Assembly: GCA_963695225.1 (NCBI GenBank)
Contig: OY968762.1
Location: 1,056,001 to 1,120,000 of the forward strand
DNA from: Vulcanimicrobiota bacterium
GTDB taxonomy: Bacteria > Vulcanimicrobiota > Vulcanimicrobiia > Vulcanimicrobiales > Vulcanimicrobiaceae
Reading direction: 5' to 3'
DNA: 64,000 nucleotides
Shown: positions 21,834 to 31,010 of the stretch, one piece after another
Layout of the letters: each line of letters starts with the position of its first letter
How positions within the stretch are numbered: position 1 is the stretch's first letter
Position numbers and translations under genes: made by a program
Notes under the pieces: model-generated
The model's input: only the letters and a program-made list of their open reading frames with translations
Database searches by the model: none
What the model was told of the DNA's origin: nothing

Positions 21834-23216
21834 ATGGCCACTTTCGACCAGTCGAGACCCTTGCGAGTCGGGATCGTCGGCTCGGGCCCCTCGGGGCTCT
21901 TCCTTGCCGACGCTCTGTTGAAGACGAGCGGCGTCCCCGTCAGCATCGACGTCATCGAGCGGTTACCGACGCCGTACGGACTCGTGCGCTACGGCGTCGC
22001 GCCGGATCACGCCAAGATCAAATCCGTGATTGCTAGTTTCAAGAAGATCCTCGAAGACGAGCGCGTGCGCTTCATCGGAAACGTCCGCTTCGGAAGCGAC
22101 CTGACGCTTTCGGATGCACAGCGTTTCTACGACGTCATCGCGTACGCGGTCGGCGCCTCCGCAGACCGCTCCCTCAACATTCCCGGCGAGGAACTGACGG
22201 GCAACCTCTCCGCTACCGAATTCGTCGCATGGTACAGCGGGCATCCGGACCACGCGAATCGCGACGATATCGCGCTTGGGGCAAGCGGCGTTGCGGTCAT
22301 CGGCGTAGGAAACGTCGCGATCGACGTCGCGCGCATCTTGGCGAAGCACGTCGACGAACTGCGCTCGACGGACATCCCCGAGCAGGTGCTCGAAGTGCTG
22401 GCGGCGAGCAACGTGCGCGACGTGTACCTGATCGGACGGCGCGGCCCTGCGCAGGCGAAGTTCACGACGAAAGAATTGCGCGAGCTCGGCGAGCTGCTGC
22501 ACGCCGACGTCGTCGTCTCTCCGGAGGATCTCGAGCTCGATGCGGCGAGCGCGGCGGCCATCGAAAAGCAGCCGCTGCTCCAGCGCAACCTCGAGGTGCT
22601 GCGCGAGTTCGCCGGACGGCCGCCGAGCGGGCGCCCGCGCCGCCTGCACCTGCGCTTCCTCGCTTCCCCCGTGCGCATCACGGGCGAGGATTCAGTCGCC
22701 GGAATCGTGCTCGAGCGCAATCGCATCGACGAGAACGAGAACGCCGTCGGCCTCGGCGTCCACGAAGAGATCCCCGTGCAAATGGTGCTGCGCGCAGTCG
22801 GTTACCGCGGGCTCCCGGTGCCCGGCATCCCCTTCGATACGAAGCGGCACGTGATTCCGAACTCGAGCGGCCGCGTGCTCGACGAAGCCGGCGCGCCCTT
22901 GCCGGGCCAATACGTCACCGGCTGGATCAAACGCGGACCGACGGGCGTGATCGGGACGAACAAGGCTGATTCCGCCGAGACGGCCCGCGCGATCGTCGAG
23001 GACATCCCGGCGCTCCCGCTCGCGCCCGAGCCGAGCCCCGCCGCCGTCGACCGCTTCCTCCAAGAGCGCAGCGTGCAGCCCGTGCTCTGGGAGCACTGGC
23101 TCGAAATCGATCGCCACGAGATCGCGCTGGGCCAGGAGCTTGGGCGCGAGCGTTCCAAGGTGACGACGTACGACGCGATCCTCGCGGCTCACGCCGAGCG
23201 ATCGGGCGTCTCGTAA
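21834..23216 (+). CDS. fprA: Ferredoxin-NADP+ reductase, FprA/adrenodoxin-reductase family
   Basis: GSGPSG, PYGLVRYGVAPDH, GVGNVAIDVAR, GWIKRGPTGVIG. Confidence 0.88.
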   Translation: MATFDQSRPLRVGIVGSGPSGLFLADALLKTSGVPVSIDVIERLPTPYGLVRYGVAPDHAKIKSVIASFKKILEDERVRFIGNVRFGSDLTLSDAQRFYDVIAYAVGASADRSLNIPGEELTGNLSATEFVAWYSGHPDHANRDDIALGASGVAVIGVGNVAIDVARILAKHVDELRSTDIPEQVLEVLAASNVRDVYLIGRRGPAQAKFTTKELRELGELLHADVVVSPEDLELDAASAAAIEKQPLLQRNLEVLREFAGRPPSGRPRRLHLRFLASPVRITGEDSVAGIVLERNRIDENENAVGLGVHEEIPVQMVLRAVGYRGLPVPGIPFDTKRHVIPNSSGRVLDEAGAPLPGQYVTGWIKRGPTGVIGTNKADSAETARAIVEDIPALPLAPEPSPAAVDRFLQERSVQPVLWEHWLEIDRHEIALGQELGRERSKVTTYDAILAAHAERSGVS

Positions 23217-24700
23217 CGCGGCAGGCGCACGCTCACCTGCGCTCCTCCGCCGTCTCGATTCGCGAGTGCGAGCGAACCGCCCATAGCGGCGACGCTCGCG
23301 TGCGCGATCGCCAACCCGAGGCCGGTTCCGTGTCCGCGCGTACGCGACGTATCGTCCCGCCAGAACCGCTCGGTCGCGTGGCGGAGCGCCTGCGGCGTGA
23401 ACCCCGGACCGTCGTCCGCCACCTCGAAGACGGCAAACCCGTTCTCCTGCGCAACGCGAATTTCGACGCGACCGCCTTCCCGCGCAAATTTCAGCGCGTT
23501 GTGCAGCAGCGCGACGGCGACTCGCGAGAACGCCGCGGCATCCCCGGCCGCCATCGTGCCCGGCGTTATCGCGCGCTCGATAGCGATACGCCGGGCCGTC
23601 GCCAGGACGCTCATCCGGTCGGCGGCCCCGGCCGCCGACCGGGCGACGTCGACGGGTTCGGAGCGTGAGATCGTGTTCTCGGCGCGCGCGATGGCGAGTA
23701 GGTCGCGCGTGACCGCTTCGAGCGCGTCGGCTTCGGCGAGGATCGTCTCCAGCGCGCGACGGTATTCCGCGGGATTCCGTTCGCGCAGCAAGGCGTAATC
23801 CGCCGACGCACGCAGCACCGCCAGCGGCGCGCGCAATTCGTGGGAGGCATCGCTCGTGAAGCGCCGCTCTCGAATGAACGACGATTGCAGGCGATCGAGC
23901 ATGCGGTCGAAGGCCTCTGCCAAGCGGCCGAGTTCGTCTCTCGTCCGGGGCGCGCCGATGCGCCGCGACAGATCCTTCGCTTCGATCTCGGAGGCGATGT
24001 CCGCCATCCTATGGAGCGGGCGCAAGCCTTCACGCACGATCGCGTTCCCGCCCAAGAGCCCGAGCAACGCGACGAGCGGAATCGCGAGCCCGAACACCAG
24101 CAACAACTGCTTGTCGAGCAACTCGTCGACGTCGCGCCCGCGCCAAACCACCACGATGCCCCCGGGCCGGCGGCCGGCAACCGGAGCGGCGGCGAGGCGA
24201 TAATACCGGTCGCCCTCGCTCCCATCGGTCAGCACAAGCGTGCTCGGCGGCGCCTGCGCGAACCGCTTCACCGCGGCGGGGATCGAGACTGCGGTCGCCG
24301 CGAGGAGCGAGCCGCCCGGGGCAAAGATCGCCGCGTTCTGGCCGAGGCCGACCAACTGTCCGAGTTGGGATTGTGCGGCATCGCGCAGCCGTCGCGCCCG
24401 GTGCGCGGGATCTTCGCGTGGGAAAGGCACGGGCGGCCCTTCGAATGCCCGATGCTCGCCCTCGCCGTCCTGGTGTTCGAAGTTCACGCGGCCCGGCTCG
24501 GCGGGGAACGGCCGCTCGCGATCGTGCTGGGCCGCAAGGGAGAGCGCGCGCGCCGTCGTCTCGAGTTCTCGATCGAGTGCGCGGCGCTGGATCTGATCGA
24601 CCGTCAGCAAGACGGCCGCGGCGAAGACGACGAGCGTGACGACGAGCGTCGCCACGTACGCCAGCGTCAGCCGGCCACGCAAACTCCTCGGATCAAACAC
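23189..24700 (-). CDS. Sensor histidine kinase (2 TM, HAMP, HisKA, HATPase)
   Basis: SHELRAPL H-box, NALKF, DDGPG, GTGLGLAI. Confidence 0.9.
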   Translation of the reverse strand: MFDPRSLRGRLTLAYVATLVVTLVVFAAAVLLTVDQIQRRALDRELETTARALSLAAQHDRERPFPAEPGRVNFEHQDGEGEHRAFEGPPVPFPREDPAHRARRLRDAAQSQLGQLVGLGQNAAIFAPGGSLLAATAVSIPAAVKRFAQAPPSTLVLTDGSEGDRYYRLAAAPVAGRRPGGIVVVWRGRDVDELLDKQLLLVFGLAIPLVALLGLLGGNAIVREGLRPLHRMADIASEIEAKDLSRRIGAPRTRDELGRLAEAFDRMLDRLQSSFIRERRFTSDASHELRAPLAVLRASADYALLRERNPAEYRRALETILAEADALEAVTRDLLAIARAENTISRSEPVDVARSAAGAADRMSVLATARRIAIERAITPGTMAAGDAAAFSRVAVALLHNALKFAREGGRVEIRVAQENGFAVFEVADDGPGFTPQALRHATERFWRDDTSRTRGHGTGLGLAIAHASVAAMGGSLALANRDGGGAQVSVRLPRYETPDRSA

Positions 24701-25376
24701 GAGCGCCGGGCGGAGCGAACCGGTAGCCGGCGCCGCGCACCGTTTCGATCGGCGAGGCTTCCCCGCCGGCCGTGAGTTTGGAGCGGAGCCGCGCGACGTA
24801 GACTTCGATCAGATTCGAACTCGTGTCGCGATCGCGCTCCCAGAGCGCATCTTCGAGCATCGTTCGCGTCAGCACGATGCCGGGGTTGCGCATCAAGTAT
24901 TCGAGGAATGCGAGTTCGCGCGCGGTCAGCGAGATCTCGCGCGAGCCGCGCTTCACCCGCCGCGTTACCGGATCCATCTCCATATCGCCCACGCGCAGGA
25001 CGGTGCGGACGGGAGCCGATTCGCGCCGCGTCAGGGCCCGCAGCCGCGCGTTGAGCTCTTTGAAGGCGAACGGCTTGCGCAGGTAATCGTCGGCGCCGGC
25101 ATCGAGGCCGCCGACCGTATCCTCGACGGTATCGAGGGCCGTCAGCATCAGGATCGGCGTGCTGACGCCCTCGGCGCGGAGTTGCCGTGCGACGGCGAAT
25201 CCGTCTTTGCGCGGCAACATGACGTCGAGGAGGATCACGTCGTACGCGCCGCTTCCGCCGGCGATCGCGCCGCTCTCTCCGTCGTTCTCAACGTCGACGA
25301 CGTGCCCGTCCTCGCCGAGCCCGCGAGCGAGCAGGTCCGCCAATAACGCGTCGTCTTCGATGATCAAAACCTTCAT
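24693..25376 (-). CDS. OmpR-family response regulator
   Basis: IEDD, LLDVMLP, GADDYLRKPF, ETVRGAGY. Confidence 0.92.
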   Translation of the reverse strand: MKVLIIEDDALLADLLARGLGEDGHVVDVENDGESGAIAGGSGAYDVILLDVMLPRKDGFAVARQLRAEGVSTPILMLTALDTVEDTVGGLDAGADDYLRKPFAFKELNARLRALTRRESAPVRTVLRVGDMEMDPVTRRVKRGSREISLTARELAFLEYLMRNPGIVLTRTMLEDALWERDRDTSSNLIEVYVARLRSKLTAGGEASPIETVRGAGYRFAPPGARV

Positions 25377-25438
25377 GCTCGCTCGCAGGCTCCCCCCGTC
25401 TCGCCGGCGCCGGAGCGCTCATCCCGAGCCTAGGTGAT

Positions 25439-27007
25439 TCACATGAACGATGCGTGAACGTACTCCTCGGCCTGCTCGATGCGTGAAAGCACCCAATCGA
25501 ACTTCCCGCTCGTGACCGCGGCGGAGCAATAGCGGCACTCTCCGACCTGGTTCACTTGCAGCGGCGCGCCGCAGTTCGGGCAATGCTTATCCAAGAGATC
25601 CGCACCTCCGCTGCGCGCGTCGACCGAACGTTGGAACGTCCAGAACTCGACGAACCCCCGGGGCGTGCGGTCGCCGAAGACGATCCGCCCGCTCGTTTCG
25701 TCGACCTCGTAATCCGCGCAGGTCGCTTCGATGCGCAACGTAACATCGTCGTAGACGCGGCCGTGGGTCACCTTCACCGGGGTCACGCCGTCGACGCGCA
25801 GGCCTTCGAGGACGTTGCGGCGGCGTTCGGCGATCATCTGCTCGAGCTGCGTGCTCCACGCGAGGTAACAGCCCGGGCTCAAGAACGTGCGCGCCGTGTC
25901 GAGGTCGCGGTTCTCCCACGCCTGTTGCAACGCCGTGAACGCTCGCTCGACGCGCGCTAGGAACGCGCCTTCGTCGAAGGCCGGGTCCGCGGCGCGCAGT
26001 TGCGCGAGCCCGGCCGCCGGAGCGAGCACCTCAGTCCCTTCCAGCGCGCCCGCGACGCCGCCGGCGAACGGGGCGGGCGCGATCTGGGTGACGGTCCAAT
26101 CGAAGCGGCCGCTCGCGACCGCGGCGCCGCAGTGATCGCAGGTGCCCGTTTCGCCGATCGCGAGTTCGGCACCGCAGTTCGGGCACTTCTGCGCGAGCAC
26201 GCCGCCCGAGACGACGCTCTTCGTCCCGGCCGCTCGCGCGAACGCCCAGCGTTCGCCGTAACGGCGGTCGTCGCCGTCGTCACGCCGGACGCGCCCGTCG
26301 TCGCCGACCGTCTTCACCCGCGCGACGTAGTCGAAGTGGATAGCGATCTCGTCGCCGGCCGCGGCGTGGCGCACGGCTTCGACGTGCAGGCCGCGCACGT
26401 TGAGATTGTCGTACGCGACGCGCTCGCCCGCGCTGCGGCGGGCGGCCACGTCCGCGGACCAAGTCGCGAACAGGGCCGGCGCGAGATACGCGCGCCCGTC
26501 GGCGCTCTCGCGCCGCTGATAGGCGCGTTTGACGAGGTAGAACGCCATCTCGCAGCGCTGCAGGAACGACTCCATCTCGAAATCGGGGTCCGCCGCACGC
26601 AGGGCCTCGATCCCCGCCTCGACTGACGCAGGAGCGGGCGGAGCGGGCGCCGGGACCGCCGCGGCGCTGCCGTTCGTGCCAAGCGACGGGCCCGGCGCGG
26701 GCGCGCCGTTCGCCTGGTTCGCGAACGCCTTCCACAAGAAGAACGCGACGACCGCAACGGTCAGGAGGATGACGAGCCCGATCGCGACGAGCGTGAAGTC
26801 GAGGGGCGTCCCGGAACCGCCGGATGAGAACCCGCCCGAATGGTAGCCGCCGTACGAATGGAAGCCGCCGCCCGACGAGTGGAAGCCGCCGCCCGACGAA
26901 TGGCCGCCGCCGCCGTGTCCCCCGCCCCCGCCGCGGGCGAGCGCCCACGCCGGGAGGGCGGCGGCGGCCGCCGCAACCGCGACGGCGTCTAGACGCGCGT
27001 GCCGCAT
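25439..27007 (-). CDS. Membrane protein with Gly/His-rich N-terminus, one TM, and two tandem Tim44-like domains each followed by a zinc ribbon
   Basis: Two LRAADPxF...FLxR domains; E.W.F.R; CPNCGA...CxxC...GxFDW repeated twice; start uncertain. Confidence 0.75.
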   Translation of the reverse strand: MRHARLDAVAVAAAAAALPAWALARGGGGGHGGGGHSSGGGFHSSGGGFHSYGGYHSGGFSSGGSGTPLDFTLVAIGLVILLTVAVVAFFLWKAFANQANGAPAPGPSLGTNGSAAAVPAPAPPAPASVEAGIEALRAADPDFEMESFLQRCEMAFYLVKRAYQRRESADGRAYLAPALFATWSADVAARRSAGERVAYDNLNVRGLHVEAVRHAAAGDEIAIHFDYVARVKTVGDDGRVRRDDGDDRRYGERWAFARAAGTKSVVSGGVLAQKCPNCGAELAIGETGTCDHCGAAVASGRFDWTVTQIAPAPFAGGVAGALEGTEVLAPAAGLAQLRAADPAFDEGAFLARVERAFTALQQAWENRDLDTARTFLSPGCYLAWSTQLEQMIAERRRNVLEGLRVDGVTPVKVTHGRVYDDVTLRIEATCADYEVDETSGRIVFGDRTPRGFVEFWTFQRSVDARSGGADLLDKHCPNCGAPLQVNQVGECRYCSAAVTSGKFDWVLSRIEQAEEYVHASFM

Positions 27008-28077
27008 GCCGGGCAGAACTTGGAACCGGCGGGGATTTCCGCTGCGCAGGCGGTGCAATGCGCCGGCGCCGTCGCGAGTGCGGCTCCGCAATTCGCGCAG
27101 AACTTCGCCCCGGGCCGGCTCGCCGTGCCGCACTGCGCGCAGACGGGGCCGGCTGCGACGGAAGGCTCGGCCGGCTGCGCCGGGGGTGCCGGCGCGTTCG
27201 GCGCCTGCGCGGCGCCCGCGAACAGGTTCGAGAGACCGACGCCGATGCCGAGCAACGCGGCGCTTCCGGCCCCGCTCTCGCCCTTGGCGGCGCCCTCGCC
27301 GATCCCGCGCAGCGCCGCCCCCGCGCCGTACTGCGTGAAGCCGCCGGCGAGTTTCGTATAGCCGACGTCGCGGCGATAGTTCTTGAGCGTCGCCGCATCC
27401 TCGTCGGAGAGCGAAATCGTGAAATTGCCCATCCGGGCGATCTGCACGCCGTACCCCTTGACGTGCTCCTGCACGGCCGCGAGGGTGTCGGCTTCGATCT
27501 CGGCGGTGTGCGCCGCAATCCCGAGGATCGGCCACTGGTTCGCCGTGACGTGCGAGACGACGTCGGTGCGCAGCGTCTTGAGGACCATTTCGCGCATCCA
27601 ATTCGTGATCTGATCGTTCGTCGAGAGGTTCTGCGAACCGACGAGGTTCACGATCAACGCCTGCGGATCGACGACCTTGAGCGAGTACTCGCCGTAAACG
27701 CGCAGGCCGACCGCGAACGACGTCTCGGCATCGACGACGTTGTCGGCGACGCCGCCGAACGGAAGGCCCGGAAACTCGTGCGTCCCGACGAAGTAGATCT
27801 CGGTCTTGAACATGTTCCCGCCGGATGCCGCGTCGACGAGCATCCCGAGGAACGGGATCTGCGAACTGTCGAGCGTGTAGCGACCTGGCCCGAACGTTCC
27901 GGCGACGCGGCCGTCGCGGAAGAAGACCGCGAGTTCGTCCGCCTCGACCGTCAACTGGGCGAACTTGCGAACGGTCTCGTCCGGCCACTTGAAGACGATC
28001 TGGCCTTTCGACGCATCCGGCCGCGCGATGAATTCGCGGCGGACTTCACCCAGGAATTTGTCGGCGAAAAATCCCAT
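26989..28077 (-). CDS. SPFH (Band 7, YdjI-like) protein with C-terminal double zinc ribbon
   Basis: AQLTVEADELAVFFRDG...GPGRYTL; CAQCG/FCANCG/CTACA/FCPACG; GAGG RBS. Confidence 0.8.
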   Translation of the reverse strand: MGFFADKFLGEVRREFIARPDASKGQIVFKWPDETVRKFAQLTVEADELAVFFRDGRVAGTFGPGRYTLDSSQIPFLGMLVDAASGGNMFKTEIYFVGTHEFPGLPFGGVADNVVDAETSFAVGLRVYGEYSLKVVDPQALIVNLVGSQNLSTNDQITNWMREMVLKTLRTDVVSHVTANQWPILGIAAHTAEIEADTLAAVQEHVKGYGVQIARMGNFTISLSDEDAATLKNYRRDVGYTKLAGGFTQYGAGAALRGIGEGAAKGESGAGSAALLGIGVGLSNLFAGAAQAPNAPAPPAQPAEPSVAAGPVCAQCGTASRPGAKFCANCGAALATAPAHCTACAAEIPAGSKFCPACGTRV

Positions 28078-28262
28078 CGGACGTTTCCTCACTCAAGACG
28101 CGCGCTTGGGACGGCACTCTCGAAGTTATCGGCCGCGTGCGACGGCTTCCTGACCGCGTGAGAGTGCGCCCCGACCGCAGAGTACTCGACCTCGCGACGA
28201 ACGTTCCACCACGGCGCAGCGGCCTCCGCCGGCGGCCGCCCCGGATGAAGTAGAATCTGAGC

Positions 28263-28682
28263 ATGTGGATTTGGCCGGCACTACTCTCCGCGCTCTTTGC
28301 AGCAGCTACCGCGATCCTGGCAAAGATCGGCATCGAGGGCGTCAACTCGAACGTCGCGACCGCGGTCCGAACGACGGTGGTCCTGATCTTCGCTTGGACG
28401 ATCGTCGCCGGGCAAGGGCATCTCGCCGATCTCGGCTCGCTCGGCCGCAAGACGTGGTTCTTCCTCGGGCTCTCGGGAATCGCCACGGGCCTCTCGTGGC
28501 TCTTCTACTTCTACGCGCTGAAGATCGGCCCGGTCGCGCGGGTAGCGACCGTCGACAAGCTCTCCCTCGCGCTCACGATCCTGTTGAGCGTCATGATCTT
28601 GCGCGAGCCCGTTAGCGCTCGCGTCCTGCTCGGTGCGGGCCTCATGATCGCCGGGGCGCTGGTTGCTACGCTCCGGTCGTAG
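28263..28682 (+). CDS. Single-repeat EamA/DMT transporter
   Basis: ALFAAATAILAKIG, SWLFYFYALKIG, DKLS, LREP. Confidence 0.85.
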   Translation: MWIWPALLSALFAAATAILAKIGIEGVNSNVATAVRTTVVLIFAWTIVAGQGHLADLGSLGRKTWFFLGLSGIATGLSWLFYFYALKIGPVARVATVDKLSLALTILLSVMILREPVSARVLLGAGLMIAGALVATLRS

Positions 28683-28825
28683 GCGGGTGCGGAAGCCGGC
28701 ACCGCCAGCGAGGCTCCGCAAGCGGTGCAACGAGGAGCGGCGAACGGTCGAGCAAGGATATCCGGAGGGGCATCGAGCCACCATGCGGTAGGGTAAGTCA
28801 CTCGAAGCCTGTCGGGAGCAGCCAC

Positions 28826-29878
28826 GTGCGCGGTCAGTTGAGACTCGTCCTCGGTCTTGGAACATTCATCGCCATCGCGTCGTCCATCCATACTTCGAAT
28901 CCCCCGCCGGCCGCGGCCGCCGCGGCGGCCGCGCCGGCTTCGGTGGACGGCAAGGCGATCTTCAACTCGAAGTGCGCCGCGTGCCATCAAACGACGGGCC
29001 TAGGCGGCGGGCCGTATCCTCCACTCGCCGGAAACTCAGCCGTCACCGAGGCCGACACATCGGAGCTGATCGGGACGGTGCTCAACGGGCGCAGCGGCCC
29101 GATCGACGTCGACGGCAAGACGTACAGCGGCGCGATGCCGGTCTGGCGGGGACAGCTTACGAACGCCGAGATCGCCGCCGTCCTCACGTACATCCGCTCG
29201 GCCTGGGGCAACAAGGCCGCAATCGTGACCGAAGATCAGGTCGCCTTCGCGGCAAATCCGCGGGCGCTCAGCGGCCAAGGGATCTTCGTCGCCAAGTGCA
29301 TGACCTGCCATCAAAAGAGCGGCGAAGGTTCGACGGCGTTTCCACCGCTCGACGCGAACCCCGACGTCACCGCAGCGGACCCGAAAGACATGATCGCAAC
29401 GATCGTTAACGGCAAGAAGGGGGCGATCCGCGTGAACGGCATGTCTTACAACGCCGTCATGCCGACGTGGAAGGGGCAACTCTCGAATTCCGACATCGCC
29501 GCCGTCGCGACGTACATTCGTTCCGCGTGGTCGAACAAGGCCGGGCCGGTCACCGAACAGCAAGTAGCCTCCGCCGGTGCATCGGTCCTTTCGACCGTCG
29601 GCGCCTCGGTCTACGGCGCGCGCTGCGCCTCCTGCCACAAGGCGAACGGCGGCGGCGGGCAGGGCGGCATGTTCCCCGCGCTGGCCGGGAATCCGCACGT
29701 GACGTCGCCCGACGCAAAGAGCATGTTGGAGACGATTTCGCACGGACGCAACATGATGCCGTCGTGGAAGGGGCAACTCTCGCCGGGCGACATCGCGGCG
29801 GTCGCGACGTACATTCGCTCCGCGTGGGGGAACGCGGCCGGCCCCGTCACCGAACAAGACGCACAAGCCGTCAAGTAA
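28826..29878 (+). CDS. Exported cytochrome c with three tandem monoheme domains
   Basis: Signal peptide; CAACH, CMTCH, CASCH, each with a downstream MP axial Met and IAAVxTYIRSAW. Confidence 0.88.
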   Translation: MRGQLRLVLGLGTFIAIASSIHTSNPPPAAAAAAAAPASVDGKAIFNSKCAACHQTTGLGGGPYPPLAGNSAVTEADTSELIGTVLNGRSGPIDVDGKTYSGAMPVWRGQLTNAEIAAVLTYIRSAWGNKAAIVTEDQVAFAANPRALSGQGIFVAKCMTCHQKSGEGSTAFPPLDANPDVTAADPKDMIATIVNGKKGAIRVNGMSYNAVMPTWKGQLSNSDIAAVATYIRSAWSNKAGPVTEQQVASAGASVLSTVGASVYGARCASCHKANGGGGQGGMFPALAGNPHVTSPDAKSMLETISHGRNMMPSWKGQLSPGDIAAVATYIRSAWGNAAGPVTEQDAQAVK

Positions 29879-29948
29879 GAGCCGCAGCGCTCGCGCGCCG
29901 TCATTTCGGCACGGGAGAGGCTGCGGCGCACGGCAAACGTTCGAGCGA

Positions 29949-30851
29949 ATGGCTAGTGCGAATTCCCCCTCGCGCGCCGCGGGAGACGTCACGAGCCGGT
30001 GCCCGCTCGAGGGCGGCGGCGCCCTCGTCGTGCGCGGCGAACCCGGCGCCGCGCCGATCCTGTTCTTGCACGGCACCGCCGGCGCGGCATGGTCGTGGGA
30101 ACCGCAGGCGTCCGCGCTTGCGACCGGCAGACGCACGTATGCGTGGGAAGCGCGCGGACACGGTGAGACCGCGCGCGTCGATGACGCGGGCTTGGGCGAC
30201 TATTACGAGGACGCGCTGGAGGCGCTGGAGCACGTCGCACGCGCCGAAGGGAAGGGCGCGATCGTCGCCGGCCATTCGCTTGGCGGGCTGTTCGCACTCG
30301 CGCTCGCGGCCGAGCGCCCGGCGGACGTCGCGGGGCTCTTCCTCGTCGAGCCGGTCTATCTCGCAGGCGCGCCGTCGTTCGGTCCGCTCGGCACGCTCGG
30401 CCCGCTCACGGCATTCGGACCGATGATGCTGCCGTTCATCCTCGCGCTCGCCGAAGGCTTCCGCTACGATTCGCTGTCGGCCCGTGCGTACGCTCGTTGG
30501 GTCTTCGAGATCAGCTTTCACGACCGCAGAGCGATGGAGCGCGCCTGGCCCTTGCAGCGCGCGCAAGTTCCCGTCGAATACCGTCAGATGATGATCGAAC
30601 TCGCCGGCGCCGCGACGCGCTTTCCGCTGCGTCAATTTGCGAAGGAGATCGCGGCGCCCGTGCTCCTCTTGGAAGGGAGCAGCGCTGCGTTCGGATCGCA
30701 CTTTCCAAATCTCGTCGAGCAACTCCGCCGCTTGGGGCCGCGTTTCACGCGACGCGCGATCTCCGGCGGACATTATCTCCAACTCGACAGCGAACCGGCC
30801 GTCACCGCCGAACTTCGCGCTTTCGCAGCGGCGGTCGCGCCCTCGGCGTGA
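29949..30851 (+). CDS. Alpha/beta hydrolase
   Basis: LFLHG, RGHG, GHSLGG nucleophile elbow, GGH. Confidence 0.8.
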   Translation: MASANSPSRAAGDVTSRCPLEGGGALVVRGEPGAAPILFLHGTAGAAWSWEPQASALATGRRTYAWEARGHGETARVDDAGLGDYYEDALEALEHVARAEGKGAIVAGHSLGGLFALALAAERPADVAGLFLVEPVYLAGAPSFGPLGTLGPLTAFGPMMLPFILALAEGFRYDSLSARAYARWVFEISFHDRRAMERAWPLQRAQVPVEYRQMMIELAGAATRFPLRQFAKEIAAPVLLLEGSSAAFGSHFPNLVEQLRRLGPRFTRRAISGGHYLQLDSEPAVTAELRAFAAAVAPSA

Positions 30852-31010
30852 GTCCGTAGTAACCTGAGCTTTCAACTTCGTCGCTCCGAGCTTGTCGAAC
30901 GACGGCACGTTTATCCTCAGGCCGACATGCGGGATGGTAAGGGGGCTGCTTGGACTTGAGTTGAAAGAAACTTCTGCCCCATGGGGCTATCTTTTCGTTA
31001 AGGGCTCAGC

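Noticed and set aside
26830..26935. Short direct repeats TGGAAGCCGCCGCCCGACGA
   Set aside because: Coding repeat for GGGFHSS in the Tim44-like protein; no spacers or cas genes, so not CRISPR.
30858..30908. Two degenerate REP-like motifs (GTAACCTGAGCTTTCAAC, GTCGCTCCGAGCTTGTCGAAC)
   Set aside because: Too degenerate and not repeated elsewhere in the window; needs a genome-wide search.
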